Positions 8,312-19,249 of a DNA stretch of 42,070 nt are shown one piece after another; positions within the stretch are counted from its first letter, which is position 1, and each line of letters begins with the position of its first letter. This DNA is from an uncultured Thermoplasmatales archaeon (GTDB lineage: Archaea; Thermoplasmatota; E2; DHVEG-1). The notes beneath the pieces were generated by a model, which saw nothing but the letters and a program-made list of their open reading frames with translations, searched no databases and was not told the origin of the DNA. Location: assembly GCA_964517155.1 (NCBI GenBank), contig CAZFAZ010000037.1, positions 1 through 42,070 of the forward strand, in the 5' to 3' direction. The position numbers were made by a program, and so were the translations under genes.

Positions 8312-10039
8312 ATGAAATATCCATATCAAAAAGCAAAAGATGAAACAAAAAAAATAATCCAAGATATATTAACAGAGTTAAAATGCAAAAACGAAATAAA
8401 ACTTGAAACTCCACCTGAAGGATTAGGAGATTTTGCATTTCCTTGTTTTTCTCTTGCATCCATCCTTCATAAATCACCAAACGACATATCAAAAGAAATT
8501 GCAAGTAAAATTATAAAAAATGACTGGATTGAAAAAATTCAAACCAACGGAGGATACATTAATTTTTATCTAGACACAAACAAATTAAAAGAATCAACTT
8601 TCAATATTCTTTTTGAAAAAAAAGAAAAATACGGCACACTTGAAAAAAAGAATAAAAAAGTAATTATTGAACACACCTCGGCAAATCCAAATGGCCCTTT
8701 GCATGTAGGACGAGCAAGAAATCCAATTATAGGTGATACAATCACAAGAATATTTAAAGCAGCCGGATACAACGCTGAATCACAATTTTATCTAGATGAT
8801 ATGGGTAAGCAAGTAGCAATTCTAGCATGGGGTGTAAAAAACCTAAAGCTTACAGACATACCAAAGACAGATTATGATAAAGCAGATCATAAAACTGTAG
8901 GATTTTATCAAAAAGCAAATACGCTTCTAAAAGAAAACAAAAAAGTTCAAGAAGGACTCAATGAGATAATCAAAAAACTTGAAGAATGCGATGAAAAAAC
9001 AATAGAGATGATCCATAAAGCATACAATCCAGTTCTTGAAGGTATGAAAGAAAGCATGAAAAAAATAAACATTGAAATCGACAGTTATATACCTGAATCA
9101 AAATTTGTTAAAGATAAAAGCGTTGATGAAGTCATAAAAAAACTTAAAAAATCAGAACATTGCAAAGATGAAAACGGCGCATTATATATCGATTTAGAAA
9201 CATTTGGTATAAAAGGCAGAAACACCAAGTTTTTCTTTCTTAGAGGAGATGGTACAACACTTTATGCAACAAGAGATATTGCATATCATATATGGAAAGC
9301 AAAAAACGCAGATATTCTAATAAACATTCTTGGGGAAGACCACAAACTAGAATCCAAACAAGTTGAAATAGCCTTAGATCTGATTGGAGAAGAAAAAAAA
9401 CCTAAGGTTGTTTTTTATTCATTTGTATCACTTCCAGGTGGAAAAATGAGCACACGCAATGCAAGAGTAGTTTATTTAGATGACTTAATAGAAGAATGTA
9501 TATCAAGAGCATATACTGAAGTCAAAAAAAGAAGGAAAGATGAGTTATCAGAAAAAGAAATGAAAAAAATCGCAGAAATCGTAGGCCTTGCAGCACTTCG
9601 TTTCAATATAATAAAAGTACAACCAGAAAAAGATATTGTTTTCAAATGGGAAGACGCACTAAACTTTGAAGGATTTTCTGCACCATTTATTCAATATGCA
9701 CATGCACGAACATGCGGCATTCTTTCAAAAGTAAAATTTGAACAAAAAGAATTTGATTCATCTTATTTAACACATGATTCAGAACTTAAACTTATCAAAG
9801 TACTTGCAAAGTTTCCAATTATAATAGACGAGGCTTGCGAAGGTTTCAAACCACATATTATTACCTCTTATTTATTTGAATTAGCATCACTTTTTAATCA
9901 ATTTTATCGCGATTGCCCAGTACTCCCTGAAGAAAACAAAGAAATTAAAAATGCAAGAATAGGGCTGGTTCATGCCACAAAAACTGTTATTTGCAACGGT
10001 TTAAATCTTTTAGGTATAACAGCACCCAAGGAAATGTAA
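8312..10039 (+). CDS. argS: Arginine--tRNA ligase
   Basis: EHTSANPNGPLHVGRARN (HIGH-like), KMSTR and QYAHAR motifs. Confidence 0.98.
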   Translation: MKYPYQKAKDETKKIIQDILTELKCKNEIKLETPPEGLGDFAFPCFSLASILHKSPNDISKEIASKIIKNDWIEKIQTNGGYINFYLDTNKLKESTFNILFEKKEKYGTLEKKNKKVIIEHTSANPNGPLHVGRARNPIIGDTITRIFKAAGYNAESQFYLDDMGKQVAILAWGVKNLKLTDIPKTDYDKADHKTVGFYQKANTLLKENKKVQEGLNEIIKKLEECDEKTIEMIHKAYNPVLEGMKESMKKINIEIDSYIPESKFVKDKSVDEVIKKLKKSEHCKDENGALYIDLETFGIKGRNTKFFFLRGDGTTLYATRDIAYHIWKAKNADILINILGEDHKLESKQVEIALDLIGEEKKPKVVFYSFVSLPGGKMSTRNARVVYLDDLIEECISRAYTEVKKRRKDELSEKEMKKIAEIVGLAALRFNIIKVQPEKDIVFKWEDALNFEGFSAPFIQYAHARTCGILSKVKFEQKEFDSSYLTHDSELKLIKVLAKFPIIIDEACEGFKPHIITSYLFELASLFNQFYRDCPVLPEENKEIKNARIGLVHATKTVICNGLNLLGITAPKEM

Positions 10040-10044
10040 TAGAT

Positions 10045-10836
10045 ATGATTGTAAAAGAATTAAAAGTTGATTCTGTTATTAAAAAAATTACTAGAAAAGA
10101 TAACCTTTTTAAAGGAGACTACACAACAGATCCCTATCAAAACTGTGATTTTGGTTGTATTTATTGTGATTCATCTTATGATAAAACTATTTATGTTAAA
10201 ATAAATGCTGCTGAAACACTTGAAAAAGAACTTAAAAAACTACCAAAAGGAAGAATAATTGTTGGATCTGTTCATGACCCATACCAAAACTCTGAAAAAA
10301 AATATATGCTCACTAGAAAAATTTTAGAAGTAATTAAAAAAAATGATTTTACATGTCATGTTTTAACTAAATCTGATCTTGTTTTAAGAGATATTGATAT
10401 TTTAAAAAAAATAGATAAATGTTTTGTAACAGTAAGCATTACCAGCCTAAAAGATAAAAACTCAAATTTCTTTGAAAAAAATGTTTCAAATCCAAAAAAA
10501 AGATTCAAAGTTATTGAAGAATTAAATAAAAATTCTATATATTCAGGTATTGCAGTAATGCCTTTTTTACCGTTTATTGCTGAATCTGAAATCAAACAAT
10601 TTTTTCAAGAAGCAAAAAACTATAACATAAAATATATTTTATATAAACATCTTGAATTAAAGGGAGATCAGAAAAAAATATTTTTTGAAGAAATCAAAAA
10701 TTTTTATCCAGATATTTTAGAAAAATACGAAAAATTATACAGTAATTGTTATCATCCAAATCAAGAGTATATTAAAAAAATTGATGATATAATGAAAAAA
10801 AATTCTAAAAAATATAATATTAAAATAAAAATTTAA
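10045..10836 (+). CDS. Radical SAM protein, spore-photoproduct-lyase-like family
   Basis: DPYQNCDFGCIYC (CxxxCxxC), DPYQ and LTKS..VLRD motifs. The ATG at 10045 is preferred over 9991. Confidence 0.85.
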   Translation: MIVKELKVDSVIKKITRKDNLFKGDYTTDPYQNCDFGCIYCDSSYDKTIYVKINAAETLEKELKKLPKGRIIVGSVHDPYQNSEKKYMLTRKILEVIKKNDFTCHVLTKSDLVLRDIDILKKIDKCFVTVSITSLKDKNSNFFEKNVSNPKKRFKVIEELNKNSIYSGIAVMPFLPFIAESEIKQFFQEAKNYNIKYILYKHLELKGDQKKIFFEEIKNFYPDILEKYEKLYSNCYHPNQEYIKKIDDIMKKNSKKYNIKIKI

Positions 10837-10856
10837 AAAAATGAAAAAAAAGTTTT

Positions 10857-13800
10857 TTATTTCTTTTTACCAAACAGAAGAATTGCCATAACTAGTATTA
10901 CTACCAAAACCAATATTACAACTATAAATAGTGGCATTCCAAAAAACAACGCTGGTTTTTCACGAGCATATGGATAACTTGTTGCACCAAAAGGCATATG
11001 ACCATTTATAGAAAGTTCTGCATCATATTTTATAGGACGAGTTTCGTCTTTTTCCCAATAATTATTATCACTGTATTCTGTACTTGGGACATACATTCTT
11101 AAATTTGGATCTCCAAAGTATACAACATTTTGAGCATCATCCCACCACCATTGCGGACCATCTTTACCACCACCTAAATATAAATTACCGACTGTACTCA
11201 TCCCGCGAGTATAGGCCTCACCAACTGTATAACCAAGTATTATATCACGGGGAATAGATTGCCTCCAAATAGCACCATACCATGATGTCGGCCAAGGATC
11301 TTGCACCTGGAATACTGAACCATGTCTAATCATCATCAAATGTAAATAAGTATTACTTGTTTGACATATACTTGTTACAAAACCCACTGAATAGATATTT
11401 TCAAGGCCTTCTTCAATTTGTAATGCATTTTTATCTACAAGTGGATATCTAGAAAAAGAAACAGTTCCAATAAGACCATCATATAGATTATCTGTATCAA
11501 ATGGATCAATAAAAGGTATAACTTGGTTTAATTTTTCCCGGATTGGTTTTCTTGCGAGAACCCAATCCATACCTGTAGCAGGAATTATCAAAGAATTATG
11601 ATTTGTAAAAGGCATCATTCCTTTAATATCCATAGTCATGGTATCAGGTTCTTGTGTACTTCCCAAATACCAGTCATATCCACGCCAAGGATTTACCTCA
11701 TACTTTGCACCAGCAAGTATTCCTGCGAGTTTATGATTCTCTCCAAAACCAGTATCAACATCCCAAAACAGCGTTCTTCCACCTTCCTGCTGTGTACCAT
11801 GAGATGCATGTATCCATAATAAAACTCCTTGATTTAAATTATTTTGCACTGCCTGTAAATTTGTTGAAAAAGCTGTATCAAAACCTCCTTTATTCAGGTA
11901 AAATGGCACTATTTCAGTTTCAGTCATATCTGGAAAATACATCCCTGCATCTCCAGTATACTTTTCATTCACACCTTGGTCAATATGCTGCATACTTGCA
12001 GTCTCACCTGGAACTCTTCCATCCGCACATTCATATTTTGTTTCATAATATGCACTTGCACGCTCGTTGAAACGATGTTTATGAGTCACAAATGAACATA
12101 AAACAGGAAAATCATATTTTTCTTCTCCGCCCTCTTTCACAACTAAAGTATTTAAATACGGTTTTTGAAACAAACCAAGAAGTCCTCCTCTTTCACTTTT
12201 ACTACCATTAATTAAGTTTACTGAACCTTTTAATGCAGGATTTTCAAAAATAAGCGCTGGATAAAACATACTCCTTGAAATAGACACCGCTGTATCAACA
12301 GGTGTTCCACAGAACCTGCCTGAATTTGCAACACCTACAAATACTCTATCCCATGAAACGCCTATATCATACTGATCTGCAACAGTAACTATGGTTTCAT
12401 CACCTGGTTTGTCAAAACCATACTTACCAAGAAAATCATAAACTCTAGCCCCTGTAAGAGACATCTCTGCAACAGATGGTTTATAGTTATATCGCTCAGC
12501 AGAATATCTCCTCCAAAATTCATTATGCCATACTGCTGCTGATGAAAGTTCAGGGTGATTGTCAATAATTAAAACAGGTGTTCCATGATGAGCAGCAATA
12601 TATGCAGCAGGACCTAAAAATAATCCTGCGTCTGTTTCATCACCTGGTTTAAGCTCTGCAACATACCATTTTGTCCAAGGATCAATTGTTGTAAAAACAA
12701 TACTATTACTACCTGTATCATTTAGTATATCTGTATATATATCCTCAAGTTTTAGATAGTTTTTTTCAATTTTTGCTATCTTTGTTAGTTCGTCAAATAT
12801 TTCTTTGTTTAAATTTTTATTTATATCAACAATATAAATATTTTTAACACCAAGTGTATACAAAGCATTACTTGTACATTCAGATAAACTATCAGCTTTA
12901 GTATAAAGCAATGGTGCATTTAGGTTACTTGCAAGAACCGCGCCATTACTTGCCGAAGCCAAAGAATCTGCTTTTTTTTCAGGTATTTCTTGTTTAAAAC
13001 TATATTCTAATGTAAAATCCACAGGTATTGTAACATCATTTAAAGAAAAAACAGATACTTTATAGCTTTCATCAGGTAAACATTCACCCAAGAAATCTAT
13101 TGTCATTTCCTGATTTTTTGTTTTACTTTCATTAATTTCTGTGTATATTGCCTCACCGCCAGGTCCAATAAGTGTAAAACCTAATACAACATCGGGATTG
13201 TTCCATGAAAGTTTAAATTCTGCATCTCTGCATCCAAAAGGAGGAGCATCAGGTAACTCAAAAGTAATCCCTGGAAACAATGTTATATCAACATGATAAT
13301 TAACAACTGGTTTAAAAAAATTGAAAAGAGATCCTTGCAACTGAAAAAGATTGGGAATACCACTACGCGGTGCATCAGACTCTGTTGGAAAATCAGTAAT
13401 TGTAACACGCCAATCTCCTGGACTATAAACATATGATTTTGTAATTTCATGACCTGCAGGATAATAAATATTCCAAGCAGCGGTCGCAACAGTCTGCATC
13501 CATTTATCATCTTTTTTGCAATATAATTGAATATCTGGGTCACCTGTAGGAAGCATAGTTCCTGCAACTAACATTCCATCCCACCATGCTTCTGCTTCTA
13601 TGAAACAGTACTTTTCATCAACTTCAAAAAATGCACTTACCGGATTTAATCTATTTGTCTGTTCAACATTAAACGTTTCAAGCTTTTTTATTTTATTTGC
13701 AGGCAACTGTTTTTTAATTTCATTATGTTTTTCTTGCAGATCTAAATTATCAAATGTTTCTTGAGAAACTGCAATTACAGCATTATCACTATAACTCCAA

Positions 13801-14324
13801 TCACTAAGAGCTATTTTACTTGCAATTTCATAAATATCTTCACCCGTAATCTCGACTATTTCATCTGCACGCCATTCAGGAGTTATTTTTTCTGCTCCAA
13901 GATTTATAAGAGTCATTTGATCTAATTTACCATTACAATAACTCATATAATCTTGCATAAAATAGTAGATACCAGTATATGCATCAAGAGAACGATACTT
14001 ATCATCGTTATATTCTAACTTATCTTGATAAAATAATAAAGGATGCGAAAAAAGTTTATTCTGTTCATTAAAAATAGCAGTTGGAATACTTGCTAGATAT
14101 GCATAATCATCAATATAACTATCTTCATCAAAATTTACAAAAGTCACCTTTTTCATAGGAACAACACTTGTATAAGAAGGACCTTTATCAAAACCCTGAT
14201 ATACACCTGTATCTAAACCCTGAATCAACGGTGCAAAACTACCTGCTAAAAAAAGAATTACTATCATTAATAATATAACTTTTTTTGATTTATCTTTAAA
14301 TTTTAACACAAGCTTTTCCCCCAA
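10857..14324 (-). CDS. Large secreted, C-terminally anchored protein with CWB2-like repeats and gingipain/C25-like peptidase domain (paralog 1)
   Basis: Signal peptide; ADSLASA..LNAPLLYT; HASHG...SICQ...GEAY...YFGDP; C-terminal TM plus KKK. Confidence 0.7.
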   Translation of the reverse strand: MGEKLVLKFKDKSKKVILLMIVILFLAGSFAPLIQGLDTGVYQGFDKGPSYTSVVPMKKVTFVNFDEDSYIDDYAYLASIPTAIFNEQNKLFSHPLLFYQDKLEYNDDKYRSLDAYTGIYYFMQDYMSYCNGKLDQMTLINLGAEKITPEWRADEIVEITGEDIYEIASKIALSDWSYSDNAVIAVSQETFDNLDLQEKHNEIKKQLPANKIKKLETFNVEQTNRLNPVSAFFEVDEKYCFIEAEAWWDGMLVAGTMLPTGDPDIQLYCKKDDKWMQTVATAAWNIYYPAGHEITKSYVYSPGDWRVTITDFPTESDAPRSGIPNLFQLQGSLFNFFKPVVNYHVDITLFPGITFELPDAPPFGCRDAEFKLSWNNPDVVLGFTLIGPGGEAIYTEINESKTKNQEMTIDFLGECLPDESYKVSVFSLNDVTIPVDFTLEYSFKQEIPEKKADSLASASNGAVLASNLNAPLLYTKADSLSECTSNALYTLGVKNIYIVDINKNLNKEIFDELTKIAKIEKNYLKLEDIYTDILNDTGSNSIVFTTIDPWTKWYVAELKPGDETDAGLFLGPAAYIAAHHGTPVLIIDNHPELSSAAVWHNEFWRRYSAERYNYKPSVAEMSLTGARVYDFLGKYGFDKPGDETIVTVADQYDIGVSWDRVFVGVANSGRFCGTPVDTAVSISRSMFYPALIFENPALKGSVNLINGSKSERGGLLGLFQKPYLNTLVVKEGGEEKYDFPVLCSFVTHKHRFNERASAYYETKYECADGRVPGETASMQHIDQGVNEKYTGDAGMYFPDMTETEIVPFYLNKGGFDTAFSTNLQAVQNNLNQGVLLWIHASHGTQQEGGRTLFWDVDTGFGENHKLAGILAGAKYEVNPWRGYDWYLGSTQEPDTMTMDIKGMMPFTNHNSLIIPATGMDWVLARKPIREKLNQVIPFIDPFDTDNLYDGLIGTVSFSRYPLVDKNALQIEEGLENIYSVGFVTSICQTSNTYLHLMMIRHGSVFQVQDPWPTSWYGAIWRQSIPRDIILGYTVGEAYTRGMSTVGNLYLGGGKDGPQWWWDDAQNVVYFGDPNLRMYVPSTEYSDNNYWEKDETRPIKYDAELSINGHMPFGATSYPYAREKPALFFGMPLFIVVILVLVVILVMAILLFGKKK
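10936..11063. repeat. Direct repeat copy 1 (126/128 identical to 14500-14627)
   Basis: Direct alignment of the two tracts shows two mismatches. Confidence 0.93.
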
Positions 14325-14417
14325 ACATTATATTTATATTGCCTATTGTATATTATTATTGGTTATTTATATATTGACTTTTTATTCTTTTATCTAAAAA
14401 AAATAAAAAGAATTTTT

Positions 14418-17400
14418 TTATTTTTTCTTACGACCAATGAATGCTATAACTATTACAAGCAGTATTATAACTAATAATAATACGAAGATAACTAGCGGTA
14501 TTCCAAAAAACAACGCTGGTTTTTCACGAGCATATGGATAACTTGTTGCACCAAAAGGCATATGGCCATTTATAGAAAGTTCTGCATCATATTTTATAGG
14601 ATGAGTTTCGTCTTTTTCCCAATAATTTTGAGCTTCATAATCGTATTCTGTACTTGGTGTCCAAACACGAAGATCAGGATCGCCATAGAATACAACGTTT
14701 TCATTTAAGTCCCACCACCATTGGTCGACTAGATACTGTATTCCTACTTCAGCCATTCCTTCTTCATATGCTTGACCTATTGTTTTACCGAGTGCTAATG
14801 CTCGGGGTATATTATGTAACCATATACCACTATACCAAGAAGTTGACCATGGGTCTAAGATTTGATATGGTGTACCGTGTCTTATGAGAGTCGTATGTAG
14901 ATAAGTATGCGCAACAAGACATGATACTGCATTAAGACCACAGCTGTGTAAGTTTCCTAAATCATCATCAAAATTTATACCATTTCTACCAGTTAAAACG
15001 TTTTCACCGCCTGGTAATGGATCTATTACTACACCATCGTCACCATATGCTCTGAATTGCCTACCAATAATGGGTATTAAACTTAGCCCTTTTGACTCCT
15101 TAATATGATAATCAACGCGAAATGCATCACAGAATATAGACACAGGTACTTGAGGGTTCATAACTGCAACATCCGGATCCTCTGTGCTGCCCCAATCAAC
15201 TGCTAAAAGATTAATAGGTGTTGTTAAAATGCTTCCTAATTTGAATAACAAACTAAAAGAAGGCATCCCCATCTCATGCAATAATTCTGGAGTATACTGT
15301 GTAAACTCTTTAAGAGTACCCGCAGATACAAGAGGTCTCTCATAAGCACGCCACGGGTTTTCTTCATAGACATAAGGACTTTCTGTATTCCAAAAGCCAA
15401 GGTTTCCATAATTACCATTTCCGCCATGGCAGCTTTCCATCCACATTATTACACCTTTGTTTAGATTTTCTACCGCTACGTCATAGTTTGTCGAAAAACA
15501 ATTACTGTAACCTGCTTTTTGACCATAAAAAGGTACAGCATATGTCTCATGTATATCTGGATAAAACGCTCCTACTTTATCTGTCGCTCCATTATCAATA
15601 GAATAAGGAGATGCTGTTTCATAAGGTATGACGCCATTTGCAGTTGTATACATACCTCCCCAGTGATTGCTTGCTACCTTGTTAAAATCAATTAAGTAAA
15701 CATTGTATGTATGCAATATTGGATAAGTATATTGTTCTTCTTGAGATTCGCGAATTATTCTTAAATCTGTACCTAAAGGTTTCATAAGTTTTCCAAGTAT
15801 TGGAACAACGGTACTTTTACTACCATTGACTAATGTAACTTCACCTTGAAGTGCTGGATTTTCAAATATTAGTGCTGGATAAAAGAAGTTTCTTGATGAC
15901 CAATAAGCAATATCCACTGGAGAACTACAAAAACGACCAGGTATAACTCTTCCTGTAAACGTTCTATCCCATGTAGCACCAATGTCAAATTGATCTGCAA
16001 CAGTAATCATTGTTGCAAGTTCTTCTTTATTTTTAGGTAGATCAAAGCCCATAGATTCTAAGAAGCTTATTACATTTCTACCCGTAAGAACCATACAAGC
16101 AACAGATGGAAGGTTAGGCCTATATTGATCATTTGCAGTTTTTCTCCAAAATTCTGTATGCCAAACAACAGCCTGTGAAAGTTCTGGATGATTATCAACG
16201 ATAACAACAGGCGAACCATGATGAGCAGCAATGTACGCTGCGGGACCTATAAATAATGCACCAGGATATTCATCTACTGGAACTGCATCTAACGAATAAT
16301 AATAGGTCCAAGGATCAACGGTTGAAATTATAATATCGTTACTGCCTGTGCGATCTCTTATTTCATCATAAATTTCTTTGTATTGATTGAAAGTTGTAAC
16401 TTCGCCAACTTGTTCTAATTCATCACATACTTCACCTGATGCATAGTTGCCTAAATCTACAAAGTAAATATTTTCGATGCCTAATTTGTATAGTACATCG
16501 CTAGTAACTTCTGGCACAGCATCTTTAGTTATGTAAAGTAAAGGTACATTTAATGTGCTTGCAAGAACTGATCCTTCCGTTGCACTAGCAAGCATATCGC
16601 CTCGCTCACGTGTATAATTTTGCTTCCAACTATAGCTAACTTCAAAGCTAAGATCACTTTTTATATCATCAAGAGAAAAGACACATATCTTATATTTATC
16701 AGTTTTAGAAGTCTCTCCTAATTTTTCAAGTTCTATATCAAGTTCAGTAGCCCCTCTCTCAATACCGGTTACTATTTCATCATTAGATGGAACAGAAGCT
16801 GTCTCTGCACCGGTAGGGTCTAGAACTAAAAAGCCTAGAGCAACATTTGGATTATTCCATTCAAGAGTAAATTCAATATCTCTGCAACCATATGGAACAG
16901 CATCATCTATTTCAACTTCTACACCAGGATATAAGTAAATTTCTACATCTTGTTTGTTACTTCCACCTAATGCTGTTTTTGAGAATAAACCTGTTGGTTC
17001 TTCAACTGTTTTAAAGTTTGATTCCATTAGTCCTTTATCAGCAGAACGCTGTGTTGGCATATATGTTACACCAACTTCCCATTTACCATAGTTGTATACA
17101 TATGAACTAGCTGTTTCACCTGCACCATAGAAAATGTTCCATTTTGAATCAGCATCAGCCATACCTAGCTGGTTATCATAAAGTTGTAGATCAAGATCTA
17201 TCGCCACATTATCCCAAAGCATGTTTGCTATAACATATTTGTAAGGCGAGTTTATTTCAAAGTCTTCATAGTTTCCACCTACACCTATAGTAGGGGTTTC
17301 CATCTGAAAAGTGAAATCTTTTGTATCATATCCTGCAGGTATAACACCCTTGATTACACCTTCATGTTCAATGTTTGGCGATTCAAATTCTTCATCAATT

Positions 17401-17942
17401 ACTGCGATTACTGCATCTTTTGAATAACTCCAATCATTAAGAGCAATATTACCAGCAACCTCATAAATATCATCACCAGAAATCTCAACAACCTCATCAG
17501 CACTCCACTCAGAATTTACCTCATCAACATCAAGATTCACAAGAGTCATCTGATCAAGCTTACCATTACAATAACTCATATAATCCTCCATAAAATAATT
17601 AATACCTGGGTAAGTGTCAAGTATTCTATATTTATCATCATCATAGTCTAGTTTATCTTGATAAAACAATAATGGATGCGAAAAAAGTCTACCTTGATCT
17701 TTAAAAACAGCAGTTGGAACACTTGCAAGATACGCATAATCATCAATTAATGTTTCTTCATCAAAATTTACAAAAGTTACCTTCTTCATAGGAACAACCG
17801 AAGTATACGATGGTCCTTTATCAAAACCGTCAATTCTATCAATATCTTTTGCATTTACCAAAGGTACTAGCATGCCTAAAGTTAATGCAGCTACTACTAA
17901 TACTGCAAAAAAACTTTTTTTAAAATTTTTTTTATTTATCAT
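14418..17942 (-). CDS. Large secreted, C-terminally anchored protein with CWB2-like repeats and gingipain/C25-like peptidase domain (paralog 2)
   Basis: Signal peptide; GDMLASA..LNVPLLYI; ESCHG...VSCL...GQAY...FYGDP; C-terminal TM plus RKKK; colinear with paralog 1. Confidence 0.7.
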   Translation of the reverse strand: MINKKNFKKSFFAVLVVAALTLGMLVPLVNAKDIDRIDGFDKGPSYTSVVPMKKVTFVNFDEETLIDDYAYLASVPTAVFKDQGRLFSHPLLFYQDKLDYDDDKYRILDTYPGINYFMEDYMSYCNGKLDQMTLVNLDVDEVNSEWSADEVVEISGDDIYEVAGNIALNDWSYSKDAVIAVIDEEFESPNIEHEGVIKGVIPAGYDTKDFTFQMETPTIGVGGNYEDFEINSPYKYVIANMLWDNVAIDLDLQLYDNQLGMADADSKWNIFYGAGETASSYVYNYGKWEVGVTYMPTQRSADKGLMESNFKTVEEPTGLFSKTALGGSNKQDVEIYLYPGVEVEIDDAVPYGCRDIEFTLEWNNPNVALGFLVLDPTGAETASVPSNDEIVTGIERGATELDIELEKLGETSKTDKYKICVFSLDDIKSDLSFEVSYSWKQNYTRERGDMLASATEGSVLASTLNVPLLYITKDAVPEVTSDVLYKLGIENIYFVDLGNYASGEVCDELEQVGEVTTFNQYKEIYDEIRDRTGSNDIIISTVDPWTYYYSLDAVPVDEYPGALFIGPAAYIAAHHGSPVVIVDNHPELSQAVVWHTEFWRKTANDQYRPNLPSVACMVLTGRNVISFLESMGFDLPKNKEELATMITVADQFDIGATWDRTFTGRVIPGRFCSSPVDIAYWSSRNFFYPALIFENPALQGEVTLVNGSKSTVVPILGKLMKPLGTDLRIIRESQEEQYTYPILHTYNVYLIDFNKVASNHWGGMYTTANGVIPYETASPYSIDNGATDKVGAFYPDIHETYAVPFYGQKAGYSNCFSTNYDVAVENLNKGVIMWMESCHGGNGNYGNLGFWNTESPYVYEENPWRAYERPLVSAGTLKEFTQYTPELLHEMGMPSFSLLFKLGSILTTPINLLAVDWGSTEDPDVAVMNPQVPVSIFCDAFRVDYHIKESKGLSLIPIIGRQFRAYGDDGVVIDPLPGGENVLTGRNGINFDDDLGNLHSCGLNAVSCLVAHTYLHTTLIRHGTPYQILDPWSTSWYSGIWLHNIPRALALGKTIGQAYEEGMAEVGIQYLVDQWWWDLNENVVFYGDPDLRVWTPSTEYDYEAQNYWEKDETHPIKYDAELSINGHMPFGATSYPYAREKPALFFGIPLVIFVLLLVIILLVIVIAFIGRKKK
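14500..14627. repeat. Direct repeat copy 2
   Basis: Near-identical to 10936-11063. Confidence 0.93.
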
Positions 17943-18276
17943 TTATTTGTCTTACCCCCAAATTCTTTTTATTATACAAATATGAATATTTTTTTTATTT
18001 ATATAAATTTTCTTGATATTCTATATTTTAATTTTTTAATTTAACACAATATATTATTATACTACAAGTTATATAAATTTATTGTAATATATTAGGAGAA
18101 ATATTGTTAAATTAGACATTTTGTAGCAATATAAAATGATTATTGCTCTAATAATAACAGATAATTCACATGTTATTTATTAAAAAAATGACAAAAAATA
18201 CTATTTTTAAAACTTAAGTAAAAACTCTTATTATAGATAGCATTATACCAAATAAAAAAAATAGAAAGGAATCCAT

Positions 18277-19218
18277 ATGCGCCCGGAATTAGAAAAAATA
18301 CTAAAAAAACAACACTATGCAATTGTTGGAAACCATTCAGCAGTAAAGCTTTGCCACTGGATGAGACAAAGCCTACTTTTTAAAAGAGAATGCTACAAAC
18401 AGACATTTTATGGAATAAAAACACACAGATGCCTACAGATGACGCCTTCAATTAATCAGTGCAATCATATGTGTCTTTTTTGCTGGAGACACCAAGGTTT
18501 TACCGAAAAAGAGTTTGAAAAAGTTGACGATCCAACATTCATACTAGATTCTGCAATCGAATCACAAAGAAAACTTATTACAGGTTTTAAAGGTGACGAG
18601 CGCTGTGATCTTAAAAAATGGGAGGAAGCAAACAATCCCAACATGCTTGCTTGCTCGCTATCAGGTGAACCTACTCTTTATCCTTATCTTAGTGATTTTT
18701 TTGCTGAATGCCACAAAAGAAACATTACAACTTTTCTTGTAACAAATGGTACAAACCCAGAAGCATTAGAAAAAATGGATACACTTCCAAAACAACTTTA
18801 TGTATCTATTGTCGCACCAAATAAAGAAGTTTATAAAAAAATTTGCTCACCTTTAATATCTGATGGTTGGGAGCGAATAAATAAGACTCTTGAACTAATA
18901 CCTTCTCTTAATACACGAACTGTTATACGTAATACTTTGGTTCAAGAATGGAACATAGATGAAAAATATATACAAGAATATGCAAAACTAATAAGTAAAG
19001 CAAACCCGATGTTTATCGAACCTAAAGGTTATGTTTTTGTTGGTTATTCTCGTAAAAGAATGACAATTAAAAATATGCCATCTCACGAAAATATCAGAGA
19101 TTTTGCAAACAAATTGGCAGAAGAAACAGGATATAATTTTTTAATGGAAAAATCTGATTCACGTGTTGTTTTGCTTTCAAATAAGTTAAAACCGACAAGA
19201 TTTGATAAACAAAGTTAA
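18277..19218 (+). CDS. taw1: 4-demethylwyosine synthase (TYW1/Taw1, radical SAM)
   Basis: HSAVKLCHW, CYKQTFYGI.THRCLQMTP, CNHMCLFCWR and SLSGEPTLY motifs. Confidence 0.96.
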   Translation: MRPELEKILKKQHYAIVGNHSAVKLCHWMRQSLLFKRECYKQTFYGIKTHRCLQMTPSINQCNHMCLFCWRHQGFTEKEFEKVDDPTFILDSAIESQRKLITGFKGDERCDLKKWEEANNPNMLACSLSGEPTLYPYLSDFFAECHKRNITTFLVTNGTNPEALEKMDTLPKQLYVSIVAPNKEVYKKICSPLISDGWERINKTLELIPSLNTRTVIRNTLVQEWNIDEKYIQEYAKLISKANPMFIEPKGYVFVGYSRKRMTIKNMPSHENIRDFANKLAEETGYNFLMEKSDSRVVLLSNKLKPTRFDKQS

Positions 19219-19249
19219 TATATTATGTTAATAATATAATTAATATCAA

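Noticed and set aside
9991..10044. Apparent 49-bp overlap of argS with the radical SAM gene
   Set aside because: It disappears if the ATG at 10045 is the start.
17943..18276. Long AT-rich intergenic regions (also 32335-32681) as CRISPR, ncRNA or origin
   Set aside because: No regularly spaced repeats, GC-rich stems or ORB-like motifs; they are consistent with divergent promoters.
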